Assembly: GCA_038065395.1 (NCBI GenBank)
Contig: JBBTRB010000003.1
Location: 85,800-149,799 of the forward strand
From: Patescibacteria group bacterium
Lineage (GTDB): Bacteria; Patescibacteriota; Minisyncoccia; Phycocordibacterales; PALSA-1337
Direction: 5' to 3'
Length of the DNA: 64,000 bases
The stretch's first letter is position 1. Each line of letters starts with the position of its first letter. Below, piece by piece: positions 9,965 through 17,457 of the stretch. Both the position numbers and the translations under genes were made by a program. The notes below the pieces were generated by a model. That model ran no database searches. It saw nothing but the letters and a program-made list of their open reading frames with translations, and was not told the origin of the DNA.

Positions 9965-9980
9965 GATAAAAGTCAAATCA

Positions 9981-10018
9981 CACATTCACAGACTAACACG
10001 TACACACAAAAGCTCAAA
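9981..10018 (-). promoter_or_regulatory. Putative promoter of tRNA-Arg(GCG), homologous to 475-512
   Basis: TTGAGC-16nt-TAGTCT on the minus strand. Confidence 0.55.
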
Positions 10019-10026
10019 CGAAGTGT

Positions 10027-10290
10027 TTAAACTAGCTTCTTGAGGGCGGCCATTGCACGAGACTTGGTACGTGCAGCAGTATTGGCCTTGATGTAACCGG
10101 TTTTGACGGCTTTATCGAGTGCCTGATAGATGGTAGGGATGAGTTTGGTTGCATCTGCCGTGTTTTTTGCAGCGAGGAGTTTGCGGAAATCCTTCATCTG
10201 CTTCTCGACCGTGCCCTTGCGGCGAAGGTTGAAAACGCGCTTCTTCTTTGAGGCGCGGAGGGCTTTCTTGGCTGATGAAGTGATTGCCAT
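10027..10290 (-). CDS. rpsT: 30S ribosomal protein S20
   Basis: MAITSSAKKALRAS...LDKAVKTGYIKANTAARTKSR. Confidence 0.96.
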   Translation of the reverse strand: MAITSSAKKALRASKKKRVFNLRRKGTVEKQMKDFRKLLAAKNTADATKLIPTIYQALDKAVKTGYIKANTAARTKSRAMAALKKLV

Positions 10291-10368
10291 ATATGTGTGT
10301 ATGAAGTTACCATAGCCTTGAAATAAAGTAAAGGAGCGTACTGTTGTATTCTTGGTATACTAGTGACT

Positions 10369-10944
10369 ATGATCTCTTCCCTACGCGGTACCATCATCGA
10401 ATCCGGCGACAAGCATGTCACGATCGACGTCAACGGCATTGGTTACAAAGTGTACGTGACCGACTCGACCCTCCATACCCTCTCCAAAGAGACTTCAGTG
10501 TCGCTCTGGACGTATCTCGCTGTCCGAGAGAACGCTCTCGATCTCTATGGTTTCATCTCCCAGAAAGAACGTGGCCTCTTCGAACTCCTGATCACGATAT
10601 CAGGTATCGGGCCCAAGTCTGCACTCGGTATCATCTCACTCATCGATGCTGACACGCTCGTCCGCGCAGTCCGTAGTGGCTCGACATCGCATCTGGTCAA
10701 AGTCTCGGGTATCGGCAAGAAGACTGCCGAGAAGATCGTACTCGAGCTCAAGGATAAACTCGGTGGTCTCTCTGATATGAGTGAAGAATTCAGCACCGAC
10801 ATGTCGAGCGATGCCGACACCATATCTGCCCTGGTTGCTCTCGGCTACGATGCCGGCGAAGCACGTGACGCTCTCAAGAAAATCTCCAAGGATCTTACGG
10901 ATACGGGTGCCAAGGTCAAGGCTGTGCTCAAACTGTTAAGCTGA
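10369..10944 (+). CDS. ruvA: Holliday junction branch migration protein RuvA
   Basis: MISSLRG...VNGIGY...LYGF...SGIGPKSAL...GIGKKTAEKIVLELK...ALVALGY. Confidence 0.96.
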   Translation: MISSLRGTIIESGDKHVTIDVNGIGYKVYVTDSTLHTLSKETSVSLWTYLAVRENALDLYGFISQKERGLFELLITISGIGPKSALGIISLIDADTLVRAVRSGSTSHLVKVSGIGKKTAEKIVLELKDKLGGLSDMSEEFSTDMSSDADTISALVALGYDAGEARDALKKISKDLTDTGAKVKAVLKLLS

Positions 10945-11050
10945 TTCTCCACAGGTTGTCCACATCGTTTGGGATGGCGACGGGAGTATACTTTTGTAAA
11001 CCCGCTCTTTTCAAAGGAGCTCCTCGTAAACCAGTACATTAGGTGAACAT

Positions 11051-11854
11051 ATGAATACACTCGAGATGGCGATTGAACCTCTATCGGTTACTCAATCAAT
11101 CCAAAAAAATGGCTACGCATTGATTCCGTGGCCGAAACATGAACTCGAATCACTGGCCCAACGTGTCATGATGGGCTGGAACAAGTTCCTCGCTGAACCC
11201 TTGGAATCGAAAATAAAATGGTCGATCCCAAGCAAACATGCAGAAGGAACTGACAACGGGTACATGTCTCGCAATCATGAGAAAAAGCTGGATGGCAAGA
11301 AACATGACGACAAGGAATTCTTCCACTACCGTCGACATCTAAGCTCACTTCTGGAGGAACAAAATCTTGTGACGGGCGATCATCGCCAATTCCTCCTGGA
11401 CTGCGACAGACTCTTCATTGCGTGTCGGAACAAGGCACTAGAGGTTGCAGGACATCTCAGTGAGCTGGTACCAAACATGGATTTCTGTTCCATGATGCAA
11501 CATCCGTTCGCTGAATGTCGTCACGTCATGAGACTCCTCTCATACACAGCTCAACCCGTAAAGGGCAAGAAACTGGCAGAAGGCCACGAAGACCGATGCG
11601 CCTTCACGCTTCATGTTTGGGAGAACAAACCTGGTTTGTTCATCACAACTCCAGACAAGGGGGTCGTAGAATACACCGCAACACCCGGAATGATTGCTAC
11701 CTTCCCTGGCGCCAAGATGGCCCTCATCACAGAAGGGCTCCTCTCTGCTCGATACCATGGAGTCGTTGGTCGCGAAGAATCCGCCGGGGAACGCCGGCAG
11801 TCGATCGTCTTCTTTTCTCACGTGGAGCGAGAAGATATCAAATTGTTTGTGTGA
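11051..11854 (+). CDS. 2-oxoglutarate/Fe(II)-dependent oxygenase (IPNS/DIOX-like)
   Basis: MRLLSY...HED (HxD)...YHGV...RQSIVFF (RxS) facial triad and 2OG-binding motif. Confidence 0.82.
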   Translation: MNTLEMAIEPLSVTQSIQKNGYALIPWPKHELESLAQRVMMGWNKFLAEPLESKIKWSIPSKHAEGTDNGYMSRNHEKKLDGKKHDDKEFFHYRRHLSSLLEEQNLVTGDHRQFLLDCDRLFIACRNKALEVAGHLSELVPNMDFCSMMQHPFAECRHVMRLLSYTAQPVKGKKLAEGHEDRCAFTLHVWENKPGLFITTPDKGVVEYTATPGMIATFPGAKMALITEGLLSARYHGVVGREESAGERRQSIVFFSHVEREDIKLFV

Positions 11855-11867
11855 CATTTTGCTCCTG

Positions 11868-11894
11868 GCCGGTCTCTCACGAGGCCGGCTTTTT
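11868..11894 (+). terminator. Rho-independent terminator
   Basis: GCCGGTCTC-tcac-GAGGCCGGC followed by TTTTT. Confidence 0.75.
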
Positions 11895-11927
11895 GATTAT
11901 TCCCCCCACACTCTATATACTAGTTTC

Positions 11928-13229
11928 ATGCTCGACACCACTCTCAACAAAATCCGCTCTTTCATTCCAGTGAAACTCTTTCGATCACTCCAGCCGATAT
12001 ATCATTTCTCCTTGTCTTTCGTGGCGGCGCTGGTCTACCGATTCCCTTCACGTCATATCAAGATCATCGGAGTCACCGGTACCAAGGGCAAGAGTTCGAC
12101 CGTAGAGATACTCAGTGCCATCCTCGAAGAGTCTGGATACAAGACAGCGCTGTCGAACACGATCCGATTCAAGATCGGCGCGGCTTCTTCGGAAAATCTC
12201 TACAAGATGAGCATGCCCGGAAGATTCTTCGTCCAGCATCTCATCCGTCAGGCTGTCGATGCGCAGTGTGACTACTTGATATTAGAGATGACGTCACAAG
12301 GCGCATTGCTGCACCGACACAGGTTCATCAATCTCGACGCGCTCGTCTTCACCAATCTTTCACCAGAACACATCGAGGCTCATGGTTCGTACGAGAACTA
12401 TCGCGATTCCAAGCTTTCGATCTGTCGTACCTTGAAGTCCTCTTCGAAGAAAGGTTGCGCCATCATCGCCAACGGTGACGATCCTGAGAGTTCACACTTC
12501 CTCGCTTGCGAAGCCGATACCAAGACCACCTTCGGTCTCTCCGACGCCGAACCTTACACGATCAAGAAAGACGGCATCGACTTTACCTATCAGGGACAAA
12601 AGATATCTTCCCCTCTGTCTGGACTCTTCAACCTCTACAATATTCTCGCCGCCGCAACTGCCGCACGGAGCCAACAGGTACTACCCGAGACAGTTGCACG
12701 CGCTGTTTCGAAATTCTCCGGCATCCTTGGCCGTGTACAAAAGATCGAAGCAGATCCCGCCTTCGCCAAGGCTTCGGCGGGCAAGCAGGATTTCACCGTC
12801 ATTGTCGACTATGCACATACGCCCGACTCACTCGAGAAACTCTATCAGGTCTTCCAATCCTCACGCAAAATATGCGTGCTCGGTGGCACCGGCGGTGGTC
12901 GCGATACGTGGAAGCGTACAGAGATGGGGCGTATCGCCGACACCTACTGTGACGAGATCATCCTGACCGACGAAGACCCCTATGACGAAGATCCGAAGAA
13001 GATAGTAGACGATGTTGCTAGTGGTATCACCACCAAAAAGCCGACCATCCTCATGGACAGACGCGAGGCTATCCGCGAAGCTATCACTCGTGCAAAAACA
13101 GGAGACACCGTACTCATAAGCGGCAAAGGCACTGACCCCTATATCATGGGACCAGAGGGCACAAAGACTGAGTGGAGTGATGCGAAAGTTGCGAGAGAGG
13201 AGCTAGAGAAGATACTCGGGAAGAACTAG
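11928..13229 (+). CDS. murE: UDP-N-acetylmuramyl-tripeptide synthetase MurE
   Basis: GVTGTKGKSST, FTNLSPEHI, DYAHTPDSL, DRREAI, GKG; contains a palindromic insertion at 12756-12781. Confidence 0.9.
   Translation: MLDTTLNKIRSFIPVKLFRSLQPIYHFSLSFVAALVYRFPSRHIKIIGVTGTKGKSSTVEILSAILEESGYKTALSNTIRFKIGAASSENLYKMSMPGRFFVQHLIRQAVDAQCDYLILEMTSQGALLHRHRFINLDALVFTNLSPEHIEAHGSYENYRDSKLSICRTLKSSSKKGCAIIANGDDPESSHFLACEADTKTTFGLSDAEPYTIKKDGIDFTYQGQKISSPLSGLFNLYNILAAATAARSQQVLPETVARAVSKFSGILGRVQKIEADPAFAKASAGKQDFTVIVDYAHTPDSLEKLYQVFQSSRKICVLGGTGGGRDTWKRTEMGRIADTYCDEIILTDEDPYDEDPKKIVDDVASGITTKKPTILMDRREAIREAITRAKTGDTVLISGKGTDPYIMGPEGTKTEWSDAKVAREELEKILGKN
12756..12781. repeat. In-frame palindromic insert within murE (encodes PAFAKASAG)
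   Basis: CCCGCC-ttc-GCC-aa-GGC-ttc-GGCGGG bulged hairpin in the interdomain linker before DYAHT. Confidence 0.6.
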
Positions 13230-14507
13230 CTATATCACCTCGACGCCGAAGGTACGATTGAGAACTTCGATGGTCTTGCTGCCCACTCTGTCTTTCTCAT
13301 CGGTGATACCGTGTTTCTTTTGGAACAGATCGAGAGACTTTTTGGTACAGACGCCGAGCTTGCCCGTTCGAGGACAGTCGTTCTTGCTCATCGGTACCGG
13401 AGGATATACCCCATCGAGCATCAGTGCGGTCTGGAGTGCGAACACATCTATCCCCTCTGTACTCTGACCTGCAACCTCGTTCTTCCAGGTATGGGGTAGA
13501 GCAACGGTGTCATAGAAACGATCATAGTTCACTGCGCTCTCTGGATCGAAAAAGTCTGACATGCCGATATATGTCTGGTATGCGATATCTCGGATAGCGA
13601 GCGGTCGTATCTCTGCATTCATGAAATGTGGTTCGTATATATAGCCATACTCGATCAACATACTGGCGGCACCGACCGTGTTGTAAGGACCGATAGCGAT
13701 GAGCTCCTGATCTTCGACGATACCCGTACTCTCTGGAGCAAAATCACTGATCGGTGAGTATTTCGAAAGTCTACCGAAGATCGTACTCGCCAATGCACGT
13801 GTCGTCGTACTGTTGATGTATTGTTTCTCAGGTACATAGATAGAGAAACCGGAGTACGAGCCCGGCTCAGATATTCTACGGCGCGGATAATCATTGAGAT
13901 GGAGATGGAGCACGATGTCGATATCATTATCTTGTACCCATTTGTTGATGCCATAGAGACGGATCGCCACATTGTTCGGAGCAGTCACATGCTCGACCGG
14001 CGGAACACTGAGTTCGAACTTGCCTATTTCCATGAGCTCGATCGTTTCGGATTTGTGAGCGTCTTTCCAGGCAATGATCTCCTCCCAGTTATTCTTGAAA
14101 TATTCTTGGAACTCTGGTTTCCATGACACCGTATCGCGCGTCACGAAGACCTGGTAGCGTGGATTCTTGCTCAAAAGTGCCGAGATCTCATCGGCAATAG
14201 AGACAACCACATCTCGCTCTTTGACTACACCGAACTCGGTCCCTCCGAAGTCTGGCTCATGTCCAGGCACAAGGAGGACGCGGACCTGGGTACGAGGTCG
14301 TCTGCGATCGACGTCGTATCTGGAGCGGAGGTCATCGACCGTCTTAGCACGGCCAACCATGATGATCGATGCGATCTGGTCGCCCACCCGGTCAAACGCT
14401 GACATGATCGATCCGATCACACCGGGTGTCTGTGGCGAATAGTGATCGGCCACCCACGGTGCACCCAATAACAAAAGTGCTATGCTCGTCGCCAAGAGAT
14501 ATCTCAT
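13230..14507 (-). CDS. N-acetylmuramoyl-L-alanine amidase (Amidase_3) with C-terminal PG-binding-like domain
   Basis: Signal peptide; VLLVPGHE, ERD, VLHLHLN, MLIEYGYI; C-terminal DVFALQTAL...TGKLG..TKKSLDLFQKKHGI. Confidence 0.85.
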   Translation of the reverse strand: MRYLLATSIALLLLGAPWVADHYSPQTPGVIGSIMSAFDRVGDQIASIIMVGRAKTVDDLRSRYDVDRRRPRTQVRVLLVPGHEPDFGGTEFGVVKERDVVVSIADEISALLSKNPRYQVFVTRDTVSWKPEFQEYFKNNWEEIIAWKDAHKSETIELMEIGKFELSVPPVEHVTAPNNVAIRLYGINKWVQDNDIDIVLHLHLNDYPRRRISEPGSYSGFSIYVPEKQYINSTTTRALASTIFGRLSKYSPISDFAPESTGIVEDQELIAIGPYNTVGAASMLIEYGYIYEPHFMNAEIRPLAIRDIAYQTYIGMSDFFDPESAVNYDRFYDTVALPHTWKNEVAGQSTEGIDVFALQTALMLDGVYPPVPMSKNDCPRTGKLGVCTKKSLDLFQKKHGITDEKDRVGSKTIEVLNRTFGVEVI

Positions 14508-14526
14508 ATGTAATAGTATACCCCAT

Positions 14527-15468
14527 ATGCCCGAATTGCCCGAAGTACAAACAACCGTCAACGGTCTCAACCGTACGATCGTCGGCCTGCGCATTGCCAA
14601 TGTCTGGTCGAATTACGACAGTTCATATTTCAAAGATTCACAAACCATCAAAGATCCTGCATACTTTGTGGTTTTCAAAAAGATCGTCATGGGAAGTACA
14701 GTAGTGTCAGCAGAGAGACGTGCCAAGAATATACTCATCCATCTCGACAACGGTCAGACCATCCTTATCCACATGAAAATGACCGGTCACCTCCTCTACG
14801 GCACCTATAGGTTCGATGCCTCCCTGCCGAAAGATCCGTGGCAGCCTGTCGAGCCCGAGAGTCTCAAAGATCCTTTCAACCGTCACGTTCGCTTCCTGAT
14901 CTCCTTCGACGATGGCACGTCGCTGGCACTCTCTGATGTGCGCAAATTCGCCAAGGTCACGGCGAGCCCCTCGGCCATCCTCCACGAGTCAGAACATCTC
15001 CGAGAGATCGGTCCAGAACCTCTCGATCCTGATTTCACCTTCGAGGCATTCACCACACGCATCGACAAAAGACCGAATGGCAAGATCAAACAAGTTCTGA
15101 TGGATCAGAGTATCCTCGCCGGTATCGGCAACATCTATGCCGACGAGTCCTTGTGGCGCGCAAGTATCCACCCGCTCACTCAGGTAAAGTCTGTTTCGAC
15201 CCTTCAACGCAGAGAATTATTCCAAGCAATCCTCCAGACCCTTTCACGAGGAATTGATTTTGGTGGCGACTCCACATCTGACTATCGCAATATCGATGGC
15301 GAGAAAGGTTCTTTCCACGAGCAGCACTACGCCTATCGCATGACAGGTACTCCCTGCCAGAAAAAAGATTGCATCGGCACCATCACCCGCATCGTCCTTG
15401 GCGGCAGAGGTACACACTTTTGTAGTGAGCATCAGAAATACGTGAAGAAAAAGGCTGCACACAAGTAA
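14527..15468 (+). CDS. mutM: Formamidopyrimidine-DNA glycosylase Fpg/MutM
   Basis: MPELPEV start, HMKMTG, LMDQSILAGIGNIYADE, C-terminal zinc finger. Confidence 0.95.
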   Translation: MPELPEVQTTVNGLNRTIVGLRIANVWSNYDSSYFKDSQTIKDPAYFVVFKKIVMGSTVVSAERRAKNILIHLDNGQTILIHMKMTGHLLYGTYRFDASLPKDPWQPVEPESLKDPFNRHVRFLISFDDGTSLALSDVRKFAKVTASPSAILHESEHLREIGPEPLDPDFTFEAFTTRIDKRPNGKIKQVLMDQSILAGIGNIYADESLWRASIHPLTQVKSVSTLQRRELFQAILQTLSRGIDFGGDSTSDYRNIDGEKGSFHEQHYAYRMTGTPCQKKDCIGTITRIVLGGRGTHFCSEHQKYVKKKAAHK

Positions 15469-15475
15469 TTGCTGA

Positions 15476-15496
15476 CCCTCTTCGCAGGCGCCACGT
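15476..15496 (+). repeat. Truncated copy of the covarying structured element (see 33748 and 49649)
   Basis: CCCTCTTCGCAGGCGCCACGT is the exact reverse complement of 49767-49787. Confidence 0.7.
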
Positions 15497-15524
15497 TCAA
15501 TACTTGTCACCCTCAGTTAATATA

Positions 15525-15905
15525 TGTCATCCCCGCGAAAGCGGGGATCCAGGATCATACCACTGACATGATAGATCCTTCCATTGAGGATTAGACTTCT
15601 CGATCAATTCAAGTTTCCACTTCCTACTCCACTTCTTAAGCTGTTTTTCTCTTGTCAAAGCAGCATTCACATCTATGGTTTCTTCAAAATATACTAATTG
15701 AGATATATCATATTTTTCAGTGAATCCAGGTATTATTTTGTGTATATGTTCGTATATACGACGTTCGAGATTATTGGTTACTCCAATATATAATGTTCCG
15801 TTTCTTTTGTTAGTGAGAATATAGATGTAGTAACTCATACCTACGATTGTAGCTAACTAACATACGGGATGCTAATCCTGGATTCCCGCTTTCGCGGGAA
15901 TGACA
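15525..15905 (-). mobile_element. Putative mobile element: GIY-YIG gene bracketed by inverted 28-bp palindromic repeats
   Basis: TGTCATCCCCGCGAAAGCGGGGATCCAG at 15525-15552 and inverted CTGGATTCCCGCTTTCGCGGGAATGACA at 15878-15905; AT-rich interior; gene stop codon lies inside the left repeat. Confidence 0.7.
15527..15838 (-). CDS. Stand-alone GIY-YIG nuclease (YhbQ/UPF0213-like)
   Basis: YYIYILTNKRNGTLYIGVTNNLERRIYEH...FTEKY...LVYFE...REKQLKKWSRKWKLELIE..NPQWKDL. Confidence 0.93.
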   Translation of the reverse strand: MSYYIYILTNKRNGTLYIGVTNNLERRIYEHIHKIIPGFTEKYDISQLVYFEETIDVNAALTREKQLKKWSRKWKLELIEKSNPQWKDLSCQWYDPGSPLSRG

Positions 15906-15916
15906 CCAGGAGAAAA

Positions 15917-16405
15917 CTACCTGTCCAAAATTCGATACAAGAAAATCCCCGCAGATACTGAAACGTTGAGCGACTCCTTGTGCCCCGCAAGAGGGATCTC
16001 GGCGATCACATCTGCCATCTTGAGAATTTCTTTTGAGACTCCTTCAACTTCATTACCCAAAATAATTACCGCCTTATCACCAACTTCAACGTCTTTATAA
16101 TCAGCAGAATTCTCCGCTTGCTCAAGGGCAATGATCTCAAATCCTTCTTGTTTTAATTTCTCCAGAAGTGTCGTAGCCTCTGAAACTAGTTCCCAGGCAA
16201 CAGTCTCCTCTGCCCCGAGTGATACTTTGGCGAAATCTTTCCTTTTATTCTTGAATCGATCGAGCGGCGTCGGTGTTGTGCCGATACAATAGATACGAGA
16301 TATGCCGAGCGTATCAGCCGTACGGAATATCGAGCCAACATTGTGAACACTGCGGATATTGTCGAGCACCAGGCGTATATCTCTCTTTTTTGCTATCATA
16401 CACAT
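15917..16405 (-). CDS. TrmH/SpoU family RNA methyltransferase
   Basis: LDNIRSVHNVGSIFRTAD, ILGNEVEGV, KESLNVSVSAG. Confidence 0.92.
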   Translation of the reverse strand: MCMIAKKRDIRLVLDNIRSVHNVGSIFRTADTLGISRIYCIGTTPTPLDRFKNKRKDFAKVSLGAEETVAWELVSEATTLLEKLKQEGFEIIALEQAENSADYKDVEVGDKAVIILGNEVEGVSKEILKMADVIAEIPLAGHKESLNVSVSAGIFLYRILDR

Positions 16406-16433
16406 ACATTACCCAACCATAACCAATACATCA

Positions 16434-16796
16434 ATGCTTTCTCTTTTTCCATCGCTCTTGAGTTGGGGCCAACTCTCCCCTTTCATCCTCCGCATTATCC
16501 TCGGCTGTGTATTCCTCTACTGGGCATATACCGCGATCCGTAGCAAAAACATTTCTACTATCGAATACGTATTCGGATATATCGAAGGGGTCGCAGGACT
16601 TCTTCTCATCGCTGGTCTTTGGGTCCAGGGCGCGGCACTCGTTGCCTGTATCAAACTTGTAGGGTGCATCATCGGTAAGATCCGCACAGGCGCCTTCCTG
16701 ACCGATGGAGTCAACTACTATCTGATCCTCCTTGCGATCGCAGTCTCTCTTCTTCTGACAGGTGCAGGTTTCTTTGCTTTTGACTTGCCCCTCTAA
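16434..16796 (+). CDS. DoxX-like membrane protein
   Basis: PFILRIILG...GLLLIAGLWVQ.AAL...SLLLTGAGFFAFDLPL. Confidence 0.75.
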   Translation: MLSLFPSLLSWGQLSPFILRIILGCVFLYWAYTAIRSKNISTIEYVFGYIEGVAGLLLIAGLWVQGAALVACIKLVGCIIGKIRTGAFLTDGVNYYLILLAIAVSLLLTGAGFFAFDLPL

Positions 16797-16817
16797 GGAG
16801 CGATCCGACAACGCATA

Positions 16818-16847
16818 TTGACGAAAGGGTCAAATTGCTAGTATATT
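16818..16847 (+). promoter_or_regulatory. Sigma70-type promoter of tRNA-Lys
   Basis: TTGACG-18nt-TATATT ending 8 nt before the tRNA. Confidence 0.6.
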
Positions 16848-16855
16848 GTTGAAAC

Positions 16856-16928
16856 GCGCCCATAGCTCAGGTGGTAGAGCAACTCCCTTTTAAGGAGTGG
16901 GTCCTTGGTTCGAATCCAAGTGGGCGCA
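16856..16928 (+). tRNA. tRNA-Lys(UUU)
   Basis: GCGCCCATAGCTCAGGTGGTAGAGCAACTCC CTTTTAA GGAGTGGGTCCTTGGTTCGAATCCAAGTGGGCGCA. Confidence 0.95.
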
Positions 16929-16930
16929 CA

Positions 16931-16961
16931 TTGCATCTATGTAGCATTATGCTACTATAAT
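16931..16961 (+). promoter_or_regulatory. Promoter-like element pointing antisense into the PemK-like gene, with palindromic operator
   Basis: TTGCAT at 16931, perfect TATAAT at 16956-16961, GTAGCAT-T-ATGCTAC inverted repeat at 16941-16955. Confidence 0.5.
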
Positions 16962-17015
16962 AGGCATATATGGCTTCGGCCTTCCCCTGAACAGGGGTTA
17001 ATACGAAAAGGCGTA

Positions 17016-17408
17016 TCATCCTATAATAGCGATGATGCGCTTTTTTAATTCCTCAAAATCTTTCGTGGACATAGAACCTATTTTATATTTAAGTCTCTTA
17101 CTATCTATCAAACGAAGCTGGGACAGATTTGCCGTACTCACGGAGTCTATTCCGTGTCGAAATTCAAAGTAATATTTTCCAGACTTATTTCTTGAAGTCA
17201 GGGGTATGCCCCACAAAGTCTCCTTGTTGAATTTCTTTAAAATGACAACGGGTCGTAAAAATTCTTCGCCTTTACCATCCTGTTCAAAGCCCACATTCAT
17301 TCTCAGCAAGGAAAACCAAACATCCTTTTCATTGAAAAATGGAACTCTCGAGCCATTCTCATGGAGATCATACTTTTGGATATGCCACTTTTGAAAATCC
17401 TTTTTCAT
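17016..17408 (-). CDS. PemK/MazF-like toxin (orphan)
   Basis: MKKDFQKW...VWFS..NVGFEQDGKG..FLRPVVILKKFN...GIPLTS...LSQLRLIDSKRL..KIG; no adjacent antitoxin ORF. Confidence 0.85.
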   Translation of the reverse strand: MKKDFQKWHIQKYDLHENGSRVPFFNEKDVWFSLLRMNVGFEQDGKGEEFLRPVVILKKFNKETLWGIPLTSRNKSGKYYFEFRHGIDSVSTANLSQLRLIDSKRLKYKIGSMSTKDFEELKKRIIAIIG

Positions 17409-17457
17409 TGCGCACAAGTATATCAACCGTGCACATAGAAAGCTACCTATAGTGATC

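Noticed and set aside
11004-11015. boxA-like GCTCTTT motifs after promoters of orphan units (11004; also minus strand near 63155)
   Set aside because: Short, only two or three instances, cannot be distinguished from chance without genome-wide counts.
15497-15916. GIY-YIG element having split a full copy of the structured element
   Set aside because: The 21-nt fragment left of the element is clear, but the right flank offers only GAGAAAA, too little to claim the remainder.
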